Assembly: GCA_963739455.1 (NCBI GenBank)
Contig: CAVUAK010000001.1
Coordinates: 2,336,001-2,400,000, forward strand
Direction of reading: 5' to 3'
Length of the DNA stretch: 64,000 bases
DNA from: an uncultured Gemmatimonadales bacterium
Lineage (GTDB): Bacteria > Gemmatimonadota > Gemmatimonadetes > Gemmatimonadales > GWC2-71-9
Below, one piece after another: positions 1-11,405 of the stretch (position 1 is its first letter; every line of letters starts with the position of its first letter). The position numbers and the translations under genes were made by a program. Under the pieces are notes generated by a model. That model had not been told where the DNA came from. It ran no database searches and saw nothing but the letters and a program-made list of their open reading frames with translations.

Positions 1-1212
1 CAGCGGCACGACCTCGCGGCGCTGATCCACGAGAAGCCGTTTGCGGGGATCAACGGCTCGGGCAAGCACAACAACTGGTCGATGTCGACGGACACGGGCG
101 TCAACCTGCTGGACCCGCAGGACGACACGCACACGCAACCTGCAGTTCCTGGTGTTCCTGGTGGCGGTCGTCCGGGCGGTGGACCTGCATGCCGACCTGC
201 TGCGGGCGTCGATCGCCTCGGCGGCCAACGATCACCGCCTGGGTGCCAACGAGGCCCCGCCGGCGATCATCTCGATCTTCATGGGCGACCATGCTGTCGG
301 ACATCCTGGCGCAGGTGGAGCAGGGGTTGCCCAAGCGCACGATCCGCGGCGGCACGCTGGACCTGGGGGCGCGGACACTGCCGCAGCTGCCGCGTCACTC
401 GGGCGACCGCAACCGGACCAGCCCGTTCGCGTTCACGGGGAACAAGTTCGAGTTCCGCGCGGTGGGCTCGAGTGCGAGCATCGCGTGGCCCAACACGGTG
501 CTGAACACGATCGTGGCGGAGTCGCTGGACTACATCGCGACGGAGCTGGAGAAGGCGGCGGGAACCAATCCCTCACCGGCCAAGCTGCAGGATGCGGTGC
601 TCAAGATCCTCAAGAAGGAGCTCAAGGAGCACAAGCGGGTCATCTTCGACGGCGACAACTACTCGAGCGACTGGCACAAGGAAGCGGCGAAGCGCGGGCT
701 GCCGATCATGGCCGACTCGGTGGCGGCGTTCCCGATCCTCAAGTCGAAGAAGACGGTCGACCTGTTCAAGGCGTACGGGGTGCTGAACAAGGCCGAGGTG
801 GACTCGCGGTTCCACATCTCGGTGGAGAAGTACGTGAAGCAGATGGGCATCGAGGCGGACACGGCGGTGAACATCGCCCGCACGATGGTCCTTCCTGCGG
901 CACTGCAGCACCAGGAGCTGCTGGCTGGGGCACTGAGCGGGCTGGAGGCGGCGGGGATGAAGTCGCCGGAGCAGAAGAAGGCTCTGGAAGAGTTCGCGGG
1001 CCTGGTCAGCTCACTCCGGAAGGCGACGGCGAAGCTGGAGAAGGCGGCGGGCCACCACAGCGACGACCCGTACAAGCACGCGCAGCAGATCAAGAGCGAC
1101 GTCCGGCCTGCGATGGCGGAGTTGCGCGAGGCGGTGGATACGCTGGAGACGTGGGTGTCGTCGGAGTTGTGGCCGCTTGCCGACGTATCAGGACATGCTC
1201 TTTCTGGAGTAG
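1..1212 (+). CDS. glnA: Glutamine synthetase type III, C-terminal part (5' truncated, frameshifted)
   Basis: [58 protein letters not shown] and terminal [13 protein letters not shown] motifs spread over several frames. Confidence 0.92.
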
Positions 1213-1213
1213 T

Positions 1214-1256
1214 GAGGGCGGGGAAGACGGGGAGGGCGGGGAGGGCGGGGAAGGCG
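1214..1256 (+). repeat. 9-bp tandem array (GGGGAGGGC/GGGGAAGAC) right after the glnA stop
   Basis: gagggcggggaagacggggagggcggggagggcggggaaggcg; same family at 3186-3217, 7361-7403, 56486-56510, 59309-59350. Confidence 0.85.
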
Positions 1257-1317
1257 ATTGCCGGTCCCCCTCTTTCATTTCCTGAAACATTGGGTGCCGC
1301 ACGAGGTAGCTTACGCC

Positions 1318-3187
1318 ATGACCGATGGCCTGATGCGCCGCACCTGGGAGGACTTCCGCTTTCACTGGCGGCCGTCGCTCGGTTTTCACCTCGTCCTCCA
1401 GCTGCTCGGCGTCGCCATCCTGACCCCCCTGATCGCGGGGGTGGGACGGCTCCTCGTGCGGGCATCGGGCGGCCCGGTCATCAGCAACTACGACATGGTG
1501 GCATTCGGGCTCTCGCCCATCGGGATCGCCTTCATCGTGGTGGTCGCGGCGCTCACCATCACCCTCCTGCTCGCCGAATTCGCCGGACAGAACTGGATCG
1601 CGGGCCACGCCGTGGCGCGGCGGCCGGTGACGGTTTCCTCGACGATCGCCTTCCTGGTCCGGAAGCTTCCCTGGCTGATGGTGCTGTCGGCGCGGGTGTT
1701 CCTGCGAGCTGGTGCTGCTGGCGCTGCCGTTCCTGGCGGGTGCCGGGCTGGTGTGGTTCACGATGCTGCGCGGGCACGACATCAACTTCTACCTCGCCGA
1801 GCATCCACCGGAGTGGCAGCGCGCCAAGGTGCTGGCGGTGGTCCTGGGCGCCGGCTACGCGCTGGTGGCCGTGTGGCAACTGGCCCGGTGGCTCTTCGCG
1901 ATCCCGATCCTCACGTACAAGGGCGTGCAGGCCGGTGCAGGCGCTCCGGGACAGCGCGGAGATGACGCGCGGGCAGCTCCGCCAGATCGTGCCGCCGCTG
2001 GTGCTGTGGTGGCTGCTGGTGACGGCGGTGGCGCTGGCGATCACCTGGGCGGCCCGGCCGATCTCCGATGCGGGGCTCGAGTGGGCGGGCATCGATGTGC
2101 GCCGGGTGCTGCCGCTGGTGGCGCTGTACGTGATCATGGCGGGGGTGGGCAGCTTCCTGTACAGCGCGGTGCACCTCGCCGGCCAGCAGTTCCTGGTGAC
2201 GCGCATGTACGCGGAACAGGTGGATGCGGCGAAGTGGCGGGTACCGGCGACGCTCGAGATTGGTGAACAGCTCGCCCGGCCGATGGCGCGCCGCGTCATC
2301 CTCGCGTCGCTGGCGCTCCTGGCCGCTGTCGCTCACGGCGTCGCCTGGTTCGTGGCGTCGCGGCTCGACCTGGAGCGGGTCGTGGCGGTGACGGCGCACC
2401 GTGGCGCCAAGGTGACCAATCCCGAGAACACGCTGGCGGCATTCAAGGCAGCGATGGAGGCGGGGGCGAACTACATCGAGCTCGACGTGCAGCACACGAA
2501 GGATGGCGAGATCGTGGTGCTGCACGACGCCGACTTCATGCGGATGGGCGGCGATCCGCGGAAGATCGCCGCGCTGACCGGGGCCGAGGTTGCGACGATC
2601 GACATCGGGCGGAAGTACGACCCGAAGTTCACGGGAGAGCATGCGCCGACGCTCGAGGAGGTGATCGACCTGGTGCGGGGCCAGATGAAGATCAACATCG
2701 AGCTCAAGTACAACGTGCCGGACTCGACGCTGGCGCCGGCGGTGATCGAGCTGCTGCGGCGCAAGGACTTCCTGGACCAGGTGGTGATCACGTCGCTCGA
2801 CTACGGGGCGCTCAAGCAGGTGGAGCGCATCGAGCCGAGCATCAAGACCGGTCACATCGTGACGGCGGCGGTGGGCAACGTGGTCAAGACCGAGGCCGAC
2901 TTCCTGAGCCTCAATTCGGCGAAGGCGACGTCGTCACTGATCCGGCAGGCGCATGCGGCCGGGCAAGGAAGTTCACGTCTGGACGGTCAACAAGCCGGAC
3001 GTGATGATGCGCATGATCGAGCGCGGGGTGGACAACATCATCACCGACGACCCGGTGCTGCTCATGCGGGTCATGAAGGAGCGCGACGGCGCTGAGCCGG
3101 CCGGAACTGCTGGGACTCCGGCTGCGGGTCCTGTTCGACCGGCCGCCGCCGGAGGTGACGAATCCGGAGGCGGTGGAGGAGCTGTGA
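1318..3187 (+). CDS. Glycerophosphodiester phosphodiesterase with N-terminal multi-TM membrane domain (frameshifted)
   Basis: Hydrophobic N-half; AHRGA..PENTLAAF..GANYIELDV, NIELK, VHVWTVN..GVDNIITDDP motifs. Confidence 0.88.
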
Positions 3188-3217
3188 GGGCGGGGAGGAC
3201 GGGGAGGACGGGGAGGC
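3186..3217 (+). repeat. 9-bp tandem array after the GDPD stop
   Basis: gagggcggggaggacggggaggacggggaggcg. Confidence 0.8.
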
Positions 3218-3219
3218 GC

Positions 3220-3810
3220 CTACTCGCCGGCTGACAGCCAGCTCACGGTGAACGCGATGCCCCACGAGTTGTAGTAGCCCCACTTGTCGTCCCAGACGAC
3301 CGCACCGCCCACCTCCCAGTGCCGTCCCACATGCCAGCCCACTTCTGCGCCAAGTCGGGTCAGGCCGATCGCCTCTCCGGAGGCGTATTCCACGCCCACA
3401 CCGCCGACGAGCGACAGGAGCGGGACGGGCTTGAAGAGCACGACCGGCACCACGGACAAGGGGTAGCTGCGCTCGAGTTGCTCGTCGTGGCCATGTTCGA
3501 TGACGAACTGTTCCAGGATCAGGTCGTTCTGCAGGCCGACCGCCCACCGATTCGCCAGCCAGTAGTCGTAGTTCAGCGACCACGACGCGGTGGCCAGCCA
3601 CTTCGTATCGCCTTCCACGAGACCCTGTGAGATGTGCGTATGGCCGAGACCCAGCGTGATCCGATGAGTACCTGCCATGCCGTGGCCGCTTCCGGCTTCA
3701 TGCCCGGATGCGACCGCGTGGTGTTGCGCCACGGCGGCCGTGTCCTGAGCCCGGGCGGGAGAGACGACGGCCAGCAGCGCAGCGGCCACGGCCGCGCCGC
3801 ATCGGCTCAC
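3220..3810 (-). CDS. Secreted/outer-membrane small beta-barrel-like hypothetical protein
   Basis: Signal peptide (..PARAQ), His-rich N-terminus, alternating aromatic beta-strands; start overlaps amidohydrolase stop. Confidence 0.65.
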   Translation of the reverse strand: MSRCGAAVAAALLAVVSPARAQDTAAVAQHHAVASGHEAGSGHGMAGTHRITLGLGHTHISQGLVEGDTKWLATASWSLNYDYWLANRWAVGLQNDLILEQFVIEHGHDEQLERSYPLSVVPVVLFKPVPLLSLVGGVGVEYASGEAIGLTRLGAEVGWHVGRHWEVGGAVVWDDKWGYYNSWGIAFTVSWLSAGE

Positions 3811-5531
3811 GGGGCCGGCGATGCGCTGCGGGAGTAAACGGTCTGCCCCTCCTTGATCGTCTCCATGACCTTGATGTCCTTGATGGTCATCGGGTCGATC
3901 TTCAGCGGATTCTCCGACAGCACCACCAGGTCCGCCAGCTTCCCGACCGTGAGCGATCCCTTCCGCTGTTCCTCGAAGTGCTGATGCGCCCCCCAGATGG
4001 TCATCGTCTGCAGCGCCTGGTATGGTGTGAGGCGCTCATCCGGACCGATGACGGTGCCACTACGCGACACCCGGTTCACCGTGGCCCACATGACGACCAT
4101 CAGGTTGGGGAGAGCCACCGGTGCATCGGTATGGCTGGTGGGCATCATGCCGCGCTTTACGGCTGAATTGATCGGGCTGATCCGCATGGCAGCGGAATCA
4201 CCGATGATCTTCCGGTACCAGTCGCCCCAGTAGAAGGTGTGCATGGGGAAGAGCGAAGGGATGACCTTCATGCGCTCCAGCGTGTCCAGCTGGTCCTCGC
4301 GGAGGAACTGCCCGTGAATGAGCACGTTCCGCCGGTCGTTGTTGCCGTACTTCTCGATGGCCGGCCGAAAGGCATTGATCAACTGGTCGATGGCGGCGTC
4401 GCCGTTGGCGTGCGTCAGCAACTGCCAGTTGTTGGCGAAGGCGGTGTCAACGATGGCCTGGACCTTCTTGCTGTCGGGGATAGCGGGATAGCCCTTGTAT
4501 CCCGCCTTCTGGCCGTCCGGCGGAATGAGGTAGGGAATCGTTCGCCAGGCGGTGCGGCCCTGGGGTGATCCGTCGAGGGTGAGCTTCAGCCCGCCGATGC
4601 GATAGTGGTCCTTGTAGTCGCGACTGTACCACGGCGTGCGCATGTACTTGTCGAACGGAGTAGTCGATGTAGCTCACAACGTCGATCTTCAGGCGACCTG
4701 ATTCAGCGTACTGCACCAGTTGCTCGTGGTTGGCCATTGCGCGGCCTTCCTGCGCGGTGGTGTAGCCGAACGACATCGGCGAGCGCCTGCCCCTTGTCCA
4801 GGAAGATAGTCCGCCTGCTTCGGGGTCTGGGGAGCGAACCGGACGAAGATGACGGGAATGGCGGCCATTTCCTCCAGCACGCCGTTCGGCACCTTCGACC
4901 CCGGCATTCGCCGGATGATGCCGCCGGCGGGATCGGGCGATGCCGCGGTGACCTTGCTCAGCTCGAGCGCCTTGCTGTTGAGGACGGCGAAGTGCCCCGA
5001 GATGTGCATGATGACGACCGGGACATCGGTCGAGACCTTGTCGAGGTCCTCCTTCGTCGGGTGCCGGCCCTCCTTGAGCACGGCGTCATCGTATCCCATG
5101 CCGAGGATCCAGCCGTTGGTCATGCTGGTGTCGGCGGTTGCCTGCCACTCCTTGAGGATCCGCACGATGTCATCGATGCTGTTGGCGTCGCCGTCGGGGG
5201 ACGCCAGGAGATTGGCCGCCACCGCCTGGGCGCCGAAGCCGGTGAAGTGGGCGTGCCCGTCGACGAGCCCGGGGATGAGGGTTCGACCCTTGAGGTCGTG
5301 CACGACGGTGGCGCGGCCCTTCAGCTTGTCTGCGTCGGCCTTGCTCCCGACGAACGAGATCTTGCCGCCGGTGACCGCCACGGCCTCCGCGTACGCGGCG
5401 GTGTCACCATCCATGGTGATGATGTCGCCGCCGGCATAGATGGCGTCGGCCGGCACGGCGGGTTCGGGCGCGCCGCACCCAGATGCCAGGATGATCGTCG
5501 CCAGCCCCACCCTCCCCAGGACCCAGTTCAT
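3807..5531 (-). CDS. Amidohydrolase_3 (YtcJ-like) lipoprotein, copy 1 (frameshifted ~4650-4800)
   Basis: Lipobox LASGC; PGLVDGHAH, GGLKLTLDGSPQGRTA, HANGDAAID, HTDAPV, GKLADLVVL. Confidence 0.9.
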
Positions 5532-5550
5532 TTTCCGCCCCCTCGCGCCG

Positions 5551-7258
5551 TCAGTGTGCCTGGTAAATCGTCTTCCCTTCCTTGATCGTTGCCACCACCT
5601 TGATGTCCTTGATGGCCATCGGATCCACCTTGAGCGGATCCTGGTCGAGGATCACCAGGTCCGCGAGCTTGCCGGGCTCGATGGAACCCTTCGAGTTCTC
5701 CTCGAAATACTGATACGCCGCATTGATGGTGATCGCCTTGAGCGCCTCGAGCGGCGTGATGCGCTGGTCGGGCCCGATGACGACGCCATTCCGTGACACC
5801 CGATTCACCGCGCTCCACACCACCACCATCTGGTCAATCGGCGCAACATTGAAGTCGGTGTGGTTGGTGGGGCGCAGGCCCTTGTCGATCGCGGTGCGCA
5901 TCGGGCTCAGGAAGAACGCGCGCTCCTCACCCAGTTGCCGCACGTGCGTGTCACCGAAGTAGAAGGTGTGCTCGGTGAAGAACGACGGGATGAACTTGTA
6001 CTGGACATACTTGTCGAGCTGGTCCAGCCGGACGAACTGGGAGTGGATGACGGTGGTGCGCCGATCCTTGTCGAGGCTGCCCGCAGCGGCAGACTCATGT
6101 GCCTTGAGCAGGACGTCGAGCGCGGCATCGCCGTTGCCATGCACGTAGAGCTGCAGCCCCAGGCCATACACTCGCTTGAACCACGCGTTGACAGTGTCCT
6201 GGGGAAAGGGGAGCTCGCCCCTCCAGTTCTTCTGGCCATTCGGCCCGTCGACAAGGTATGGCTTGGTGAAAAACGCCGTGCGGCCCTGTGGTGAGCCGTC
6301 GAGCGTGACCTTCACGCCGCCCAGCTTGAGGTGGTTCTTGTACACCCCAAAGGTGCTTGCGGGGTTGTCCTTGAGCACGGCATCGAGGTCGAGAATGAAT
6401 GGGTACGACACCACATCGATGATGGTGGCGCCGCCCGCCGCGGCGCGCTGCATGAGGGCGACATCAGACGCGTGGGTGGCCCCTTCCTGCGCCGTGGTCA
6501 CGCCAGCGGCAGCGTAGAGCATCTGTCCCGCCTTGCTCCACTCGACTTCCTGCTCGGGGGTGGGCTTGGGCAGCGACGCGAAGATCGGCAGCCAGGCCGT
6601 CTCCATGACGAGGCCCTCGGGCTCATTCGAACCCTTCTTCCGCACGATGATGCCTCCGGGCGGAGTCTTTGTCGCCGCCGAGATGCCGTACTTCCTGAAG
6701 GCCGCCGAGTTGAGGACCGCTCCGTGCAGCGAGGTATGCCCGACCATTACCGGGTTGTCGGGGAAGTCCTTGTCGAGGTCGTCCCGAGTCAGAGTGCGAC
6801 CACCCGGCATGCTGGTCTCGTCATAGCCATAGGCCATGATCGTCGCGCCTGCGGGGATCTTCCGCGCATCACGGAACTTCACCAGCTCGGCCACGATTGC
6901 GTCGACGTCCTTGCCTGGCCCTGCGGGCGGGGCGAAGACGTTGACCTGATTGGCCATCGTAAGCGAGTTGATGTAGTGGCTGTGCGGGTCGAGGAAACCG
7001 GGGAGCAGGGTCTTGCCCGCCGAGGTCGACCATTGTGGTCGCCTTGCCCATGTAGGAGCGCTCCAGGTCAATGCGGGTGCCGACTGCACGGATCTTTCCG
7101 TCCTTGACGGCGATGGCCTCGACGGTGGGCTGGTCGTCGTTGATGGTGACGATGTCTCCCCCGAAGTAGATGGTGTCGGCGGGTGACGCCGGCTCGGGCC
7201 TGGCGCACGCGGTGAGCGCCAAGCCAAGGGACAGCAGCATCCGGGGCACGGTCTTCAT
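5551..7258 (-). CDS. Amidohydrolase_3 (YtcJ-like) lipoprotein, copy 2 (frameshift ~7020)
   Basis: Lipobox LTAC; PGFLDPHSH, GGVKVTLDGSPQGRTA, HGNGDAALD, HTDFNV, GKLADLVIL. Confidence 0.9.
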
Positions 7259-7360
7259 GCAGCGTCTTTCAGGCAGTGAGGATCGGGGGGTATCAGGCCC
7301 TGGCCGGACCCGGGGTGCAGGCTAGGGTCCGGTAGTCCGGGGCGCAATTGAACCTTGGTT

Positions 7361-7403
7361 TGGGGAGGGCGGGGAGGGCGGGGAGGACGGGGAAGGCGGG
7401 GAA
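7361..7403 (+). repeat. 9-bp tandem array
   Basis: ggggagggcggggagggcggggaggacggggaaggcggggaa. Confidence 0.8.
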
Positions 7404-7430
7404 GTGAGAGAGGCGGGTGGGGGAAAGAGA

Positions 7431-7460
7431 GAAGGACGGAATCCGAGGATTCCGTCCTTC
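7431..7460 (-). terminator. Intrinsic terminator hairpin after ORF 7495-7962
   Basis: Perfect 13-bp stem GAAGGACGGAATC-cgag-GATTCCGTCCTTC, followed on the minus strand by TCTCTTT. Confidence 0.7.
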
Positions 7461-7494
7461 CCTACTGTTCTACTCAGTCTGTCACGCGATGGGC

Positions 7495-7962
7495 CTACGC
7501 GGGCCAAGTGGGTGGGCGTCGCCGAGTAAGAACGAAAAGTTCAGTGGGGCAGGATTCGGGGGTCAGTTCGCCGGCCATGGCGGCAAAGAGCGCGGCATCG
7601 GGGCCGGTGGCGCCGGGATCGAAATAGACGGCCAGGCTCCTCACCAGTGCGGCACGGTCGGGGCGGTCGATGGCCGCCCATTCGGCTGGCAGCTCGGCGG
7701 TGCTGCGGCACTCCAGGCGGACCCGGACGGCACCATCCAGCCAGCAGGACATGCGGCTCAGTTCGTCGAGGAGTTCGCTGGTGAGGACCAGGCTCTCGCC
7801 ACCCGAGGTGACGGCGCCGAAACGGATCCGGCCGCGCTCATTCCGACGGTGCAACACCACCCCCCACTTGAAGCTCGGGAGGTCGCGGCGATGCCACTCC
7901 ATGATGGTGGCCAGCTGCTCCTTGAACACGTCGACGACCATGGGTGATCTCATCGTAGTCAC
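7495..7962 (-). CDS. Hypothetical protein (~150 aa)
   Basis: Intact ORF with GC-rich third positions, AGGAG upstream, followed by terminator; no family recognised. Confidence 0.65.
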   Translation of the reverse strand: MTTMRSPMVVDVFKEQLATIMEWHRRDLPSFKWGVVLHRRNERGRIRFGAVTSGGESLVLTSELLDELSRMSCWLDGAVRVRLECRSTAELPAEWAAIDRPDRAALVRSLAVYFDPGATGPDAALFAAMAGELTPESCPTELFVLTRRRPPTWPA

Positions 7963-8035
7963 TCCTGAACGCCGTGCAGTCGCGGGTGGTGATTGGTTGA
8001 CGGGAGGTGATGAAGCAGGTTGCAGGCCAAACGCC

Positions 8036-8160
8036 GAATTGAGGCTGAATTACCATAGGTTGCAGCTAATATTGGACCTTAGAATACCGTATGTAAATGC
8101 TTTTATTGCATTAGTTAACTAATTAACAATACGTAATGAATGCTAATTGCTAGTTGTGAA
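8036..8160. promoter_or_regulatory. AT-rich regulatory segment with 14-bp palindrome ATTAGTTAACTAAT (8110-8123)
   Basis: 22 G+C in 80 nt at 8081-8160 in an otherwise very GC-rich window; lies upstream of the 7495-7962 gene. Confidence 0.55.
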
Positions 8161-8232
8161 GGTGACGACGCGGTGATCGAGCGGAAGCGCCGCCAATTCA
8201 GGGCTCGAGTTCGGACCTGCAAGACCTGTCAG

Positions 8233-9928
8233 TCAGCGCGTGATCGAATCGGCCGGCGCAGGAGCGATGGAATCGGTGGGGGGCGGGACCACCGGATCAA
8301 TCACCCGATGGAGCACGATGTCGGTGCTCGTGGCCCGGTCCTCCGACGTGGCTCGGAGGCTGGCGGGGGCGCTGACAACCTGCCAGCGGCCGGGGGCAAG
8401 GAACTCGCTGAACATGACCGTCACCTTGTAGTCCCGGGGGCGGCCGAGACGGATGAGGAACTGCCCCTCGGGGTTGGTGAAGGTGATGTTGCCGTCAAAG
8501 TCGATCGCGGCCCCGTCAACCGGCTGCCCCTGCTCGTCCACCACCCGCCCGGTGATCACGAACTTACCGATCTGGGGGGAGATGAGGTTGGGCTGCATGC
8601 CGCCGAACTGGCTCATATAGAGGAAGGTGGAGGCGGTGGCGAGGTAGTCGACCCGACCATCGGGCTGGATGACGGTGTTGACGCTGGTGGAATAGCGCCC
8701 CAGCTGGAGTCGCGCGGTGAGGCTCAGGACGCTCTTGAACGGGTTGAGTGGCTGGAAGGGCTGCTGGACGATCTGGTACGACACACTGAGGTCGCCGATC
8801 GACGTCATGAGGTCGCCGCCGAACTGGAACGTGGGCTTCCCGTTGTTGAACGAGATCATCTGCATGAGCGAGAGGCGACGGGAGAGGTGCTCGCGCAGGC
8901 TGATGATCGGGGTGCTGGTGTTGGGTCCCACCGAGGGACGGCTCTGCAGCAGGAAGAGCTCGGCGTCCACCCACTGGCCGAAGGAATAGCCCAGGGCGAG
9001 ATAGGTGCTGAGGTTGCTGATGCCCTCGGAGTGCGAGTCGTAGACGCCCGCCTGGGCCCGCACGCCGAAGCGAGTGATGCCGCCGTAGGCGGTGTTGCCG
9101 GTGGCGCTGATCGACTGGCGTGCTGTCGGTAGCGCCCTGAAGGAAGTTCTGTCGCGCCACGCCGAGGGAAACCTGGTTCCACGGCATCCAATCGACCTGG
9201 ATGTTTTCCTTGTACGCCTCGGTCTGCTCGGGATAGGGGAGGTCGGCGCGACGGAAGTTGTCTCCCATTCCAACGTAGGAGGTACGGACGGAGACGGTGC
9301 GGGTCTTGTACTCGAGGGCCACGGCGCCGTAGGGAGCATTGCTGCCGATACCGCCGCTGGCGGCGAGGCCGAGGTTGACCCTGGGGAAGTAGGCCACGCT
9401 GCCGATGGCGGTTTGCCGCGCGGCGATGACGCCATCAAAGCCGAGGTTCACCAGGCGGCTGGCCTGGTGCCGGGCGCTGAGGGCGCCGAAGGGTGCATCG
9501 AAGGAGTAGGCCTGGAAGAACTGCGAGCCGTAGGCGGCGGCGGCCGAGCCGGCGGCCGCCATGACAACAGTACGCTTCCGCACCCAGGTGTACCTGATGT
9601 CCTGGGTGAGGACGTTGATGCCGATGCTGAAGAGGTCGGTGGCGTAGCGCTGCAGCAGGACGCTGGAGCCGATGCGCAGCGAATCCTGGTGGAACGAGGT
9701 CTGGACGGCGGCGCCGAGCTTGAAGCCATCCTGGTAGCCGACGCCGAGCCAGCCGGTGTAGTTCGAGGTGTAGAAGTGCACCGAGCCGCCGTAGCTGTCG
9801 TAGAGCGACGTACCGCCCGCCTGCAGCTCGACCACCGTTTGTCCGACCGCTCGCGTCGCTCCTGCCGACAGTACCACCAGGAGGGCCGCGAGGGCTCGCG
9901 TGGCGCTAGCGCGTCGCGCTGGAATCAC
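8233..9928 (-). CDS. Usher-like outer-membrane beta-barrel protein with C-terminal carboxypeptidase-regulatory-like domain (frameshift ~9110)
   Basis: Signal peptide, many amphipathic beta-strands, C-terminal ITGRVVDEQGQPVDGAAI..TNPEGQF; last gene of pilin-chaperone operon. Confidence 0.6.
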
Positions 9929-10703
9929 GCGTCTCCGCCGGCTGTGCGGCGGCGGGCGGCGCCGAGTCAGCGGGGGCGGGTGGCGGGGCGGCGGTGGTGT
10001 CGACGACAATGTCGGTGCTGTTCAGGCGGAAGCCATCGAAGCGCACCTCGATTCGCTGCGGGGGCAGGGAATCGGCCCAGGGCATGCGCATGCGGCGGAT
10101 GCTCTCGGGGAATAGCGGGAAGCCGGCGGCTTCCTGGTTCCTCACCCGCTCGGCGCTGGCGACAACGCTCTGCACCCGGCCAAGCCGAGGGCTGCTGTTG
10201 GCGAACTCGACAATGACCTGCTTCTCGGCGGGGCGATAGCGCACCGAGCGAATGGTGATGTCGCCGGCGGTGAGCTTCTGCTTCTGGTAGAGGTAGACGA
10301 CGTGGGGCAGCTCGATCCGCAGGTTGATGCCGGACTCGGTCTTGGACCCGGTGATGCCGCTCCAGACATTGAACCAGTAGGGGACGGTGTCGGTCGAGGC
10401 CTCATAGAAAACGGTATAGGCCTGGCGTGGCTGCAGCCGGAAGCTCATGGCCGAGAGCCGGAGCTTCACGGCGTTCGTGTCGAGCGGCACGTCGTAGAGA
10501 TCGCCGTCCTCCGTGACCTTGAAGCCCTTGGGCTGCAGCACGACGGTCAGGGGGAAGAGCGTCTGGTTGGTGACGATGAAGGAGCCGCGCGCCTTCAATC
10601 CCCGGTACTCGGAGATGGGCGGGCTGATGGATTGCGCCGCGACCGGAGTGGGTGCGGCTGCGAGCAGCAGAAGGATCGGGATGGCCGAGACGAGTTGCTT
10701 CAC
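9906..10703 (-). CDS. PapD-like periplasmic pilus chaperone
   Basis: Signal peptide then QSISPPISEY..GSFIVTNQT..LSAMSFRLQPRQAYTV..INLRIELPHVVYLY..VEFANSSPRLGRV, a two-Ig chaperone pattern. Confidence 0.6.
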   Translation of the reverse strand: MKQLVSAIPILLLLAAAPTPVAAQSISPPISEYRGLKARGSFIVTNQTLFPLTVVLQPKGFKVTEDGDLYDVPLDTNAVKLRLSAMSFRLQPRQAYTVFYEASTDTVPYWFNVWSGITGSKTESGINLRIELPHVVYLYQKQKLTAGDITIRSVRYRPAEKQVIVEFANSSPRLGRVQSVVASAERVRNQEAAGFPLFPESIRRMRMPWADSLPPQRIEVRFDGFRLNSTDIVVDTTAAPPPAPADSAPPAAAQPAETRDSSATR

Positions 10704-10780
10704 CTGCGATGCTCTCCGGTCGATGACGCGGCAACGATAGCCCCGTCGTCGTACGCGGCGCCACCGTGCCGGGGCGGTGG

Positions 10781-11386
10781 CTAGTAAATCACCGCACGGA
10801 TGTTGAGGACGCCGGCATAGGTGCCGGCCGACGTGGGGTAGCCCACGAGGTTGAGGCGAAGGTCGAGCTGGTCGGTGCGATCACCCTGGCGACAGAAGAT
10901 GCCGAGACCGCAGAGGGCGTTCCACTCCCACAGCGCCTGAGTGCCGCCCGCCGTGCCGGTGCCTCCGACGGCATTGCCGTTGAAGGGGGTCCATGTCGTC
11001 AGCAGGGAAGGGTCGCTCCCCGAGGTACGTCCCTCGACCCGCGACGACGGAATGTTCGCACTGCCGGTGGTAAGGGCCTGGGTCGGGTTGCTGAAGTACG
11101 CCACCAGGGACAGCGTGCCACCGAAGAAGAAGGGGAGGTTCCACTCGGTGTAGATCTGCACCGGAGTGGGGAATTGGTTGATGGCGTTGGGCGTGAGGTT
11201 GAGAATCGTCTGGGTGGCGCCCGACATCACCACCACCACCAGCCGGTCGGCGGCAGTGGCGGCGAGGGTAATGGGGACCGGTGCGCCCAAGGTGCCGGTC
11301 TGGGCCACGGCGGGGCGGCCGAACGCACTTGCGAGCAGCAGGGCCAGGGCCATGCCGCTCGCGAGGTACGATCGACGGAACCGCAT
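10781..11386 (-). CDS. Pilin-like subunit 3 (minor/tip candidate)
   Basis: Signal peptide; paralog of upstream pilins; C-terminal AGTYAGVLNIRAVIY; extra CGLGIFC loop. Confidence 0.65.
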   Translation of the reverse strand: MRFRRSYLASGMALALLLASAFGRPAVAQTGTLGAPVPITLAATAADRLVVVVMSGATQTILNLTPNAINQFPTPVQIYTEWNLPFFFGGTLSLVAYFSNPTQALTTGSANIPSSRVEGRTSGSDPSLLTTWTPFNGNAVGGTGTAGGTQALWEWNALCGLGIFCRQGDRTDQLDLRLNLVGYPTSAGTYAGVLNIRAVIY

Positions 11387-11405
11387 GTCGACGATCCGCT
11401 ATCGC

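Noticed and set aside
189..3095. 968-aa glutamine synthetase-GDPD fusion ORF
   Set aside because: An indel near 1177 bypasses the true GS stop at 1212; the joining segment is off-frame sequence.
8036..8160. oriC or dif site
   Set aside because: No clear DnaA boxes, no convincing XerC/XerD arm pair, and no dnaA-type context.
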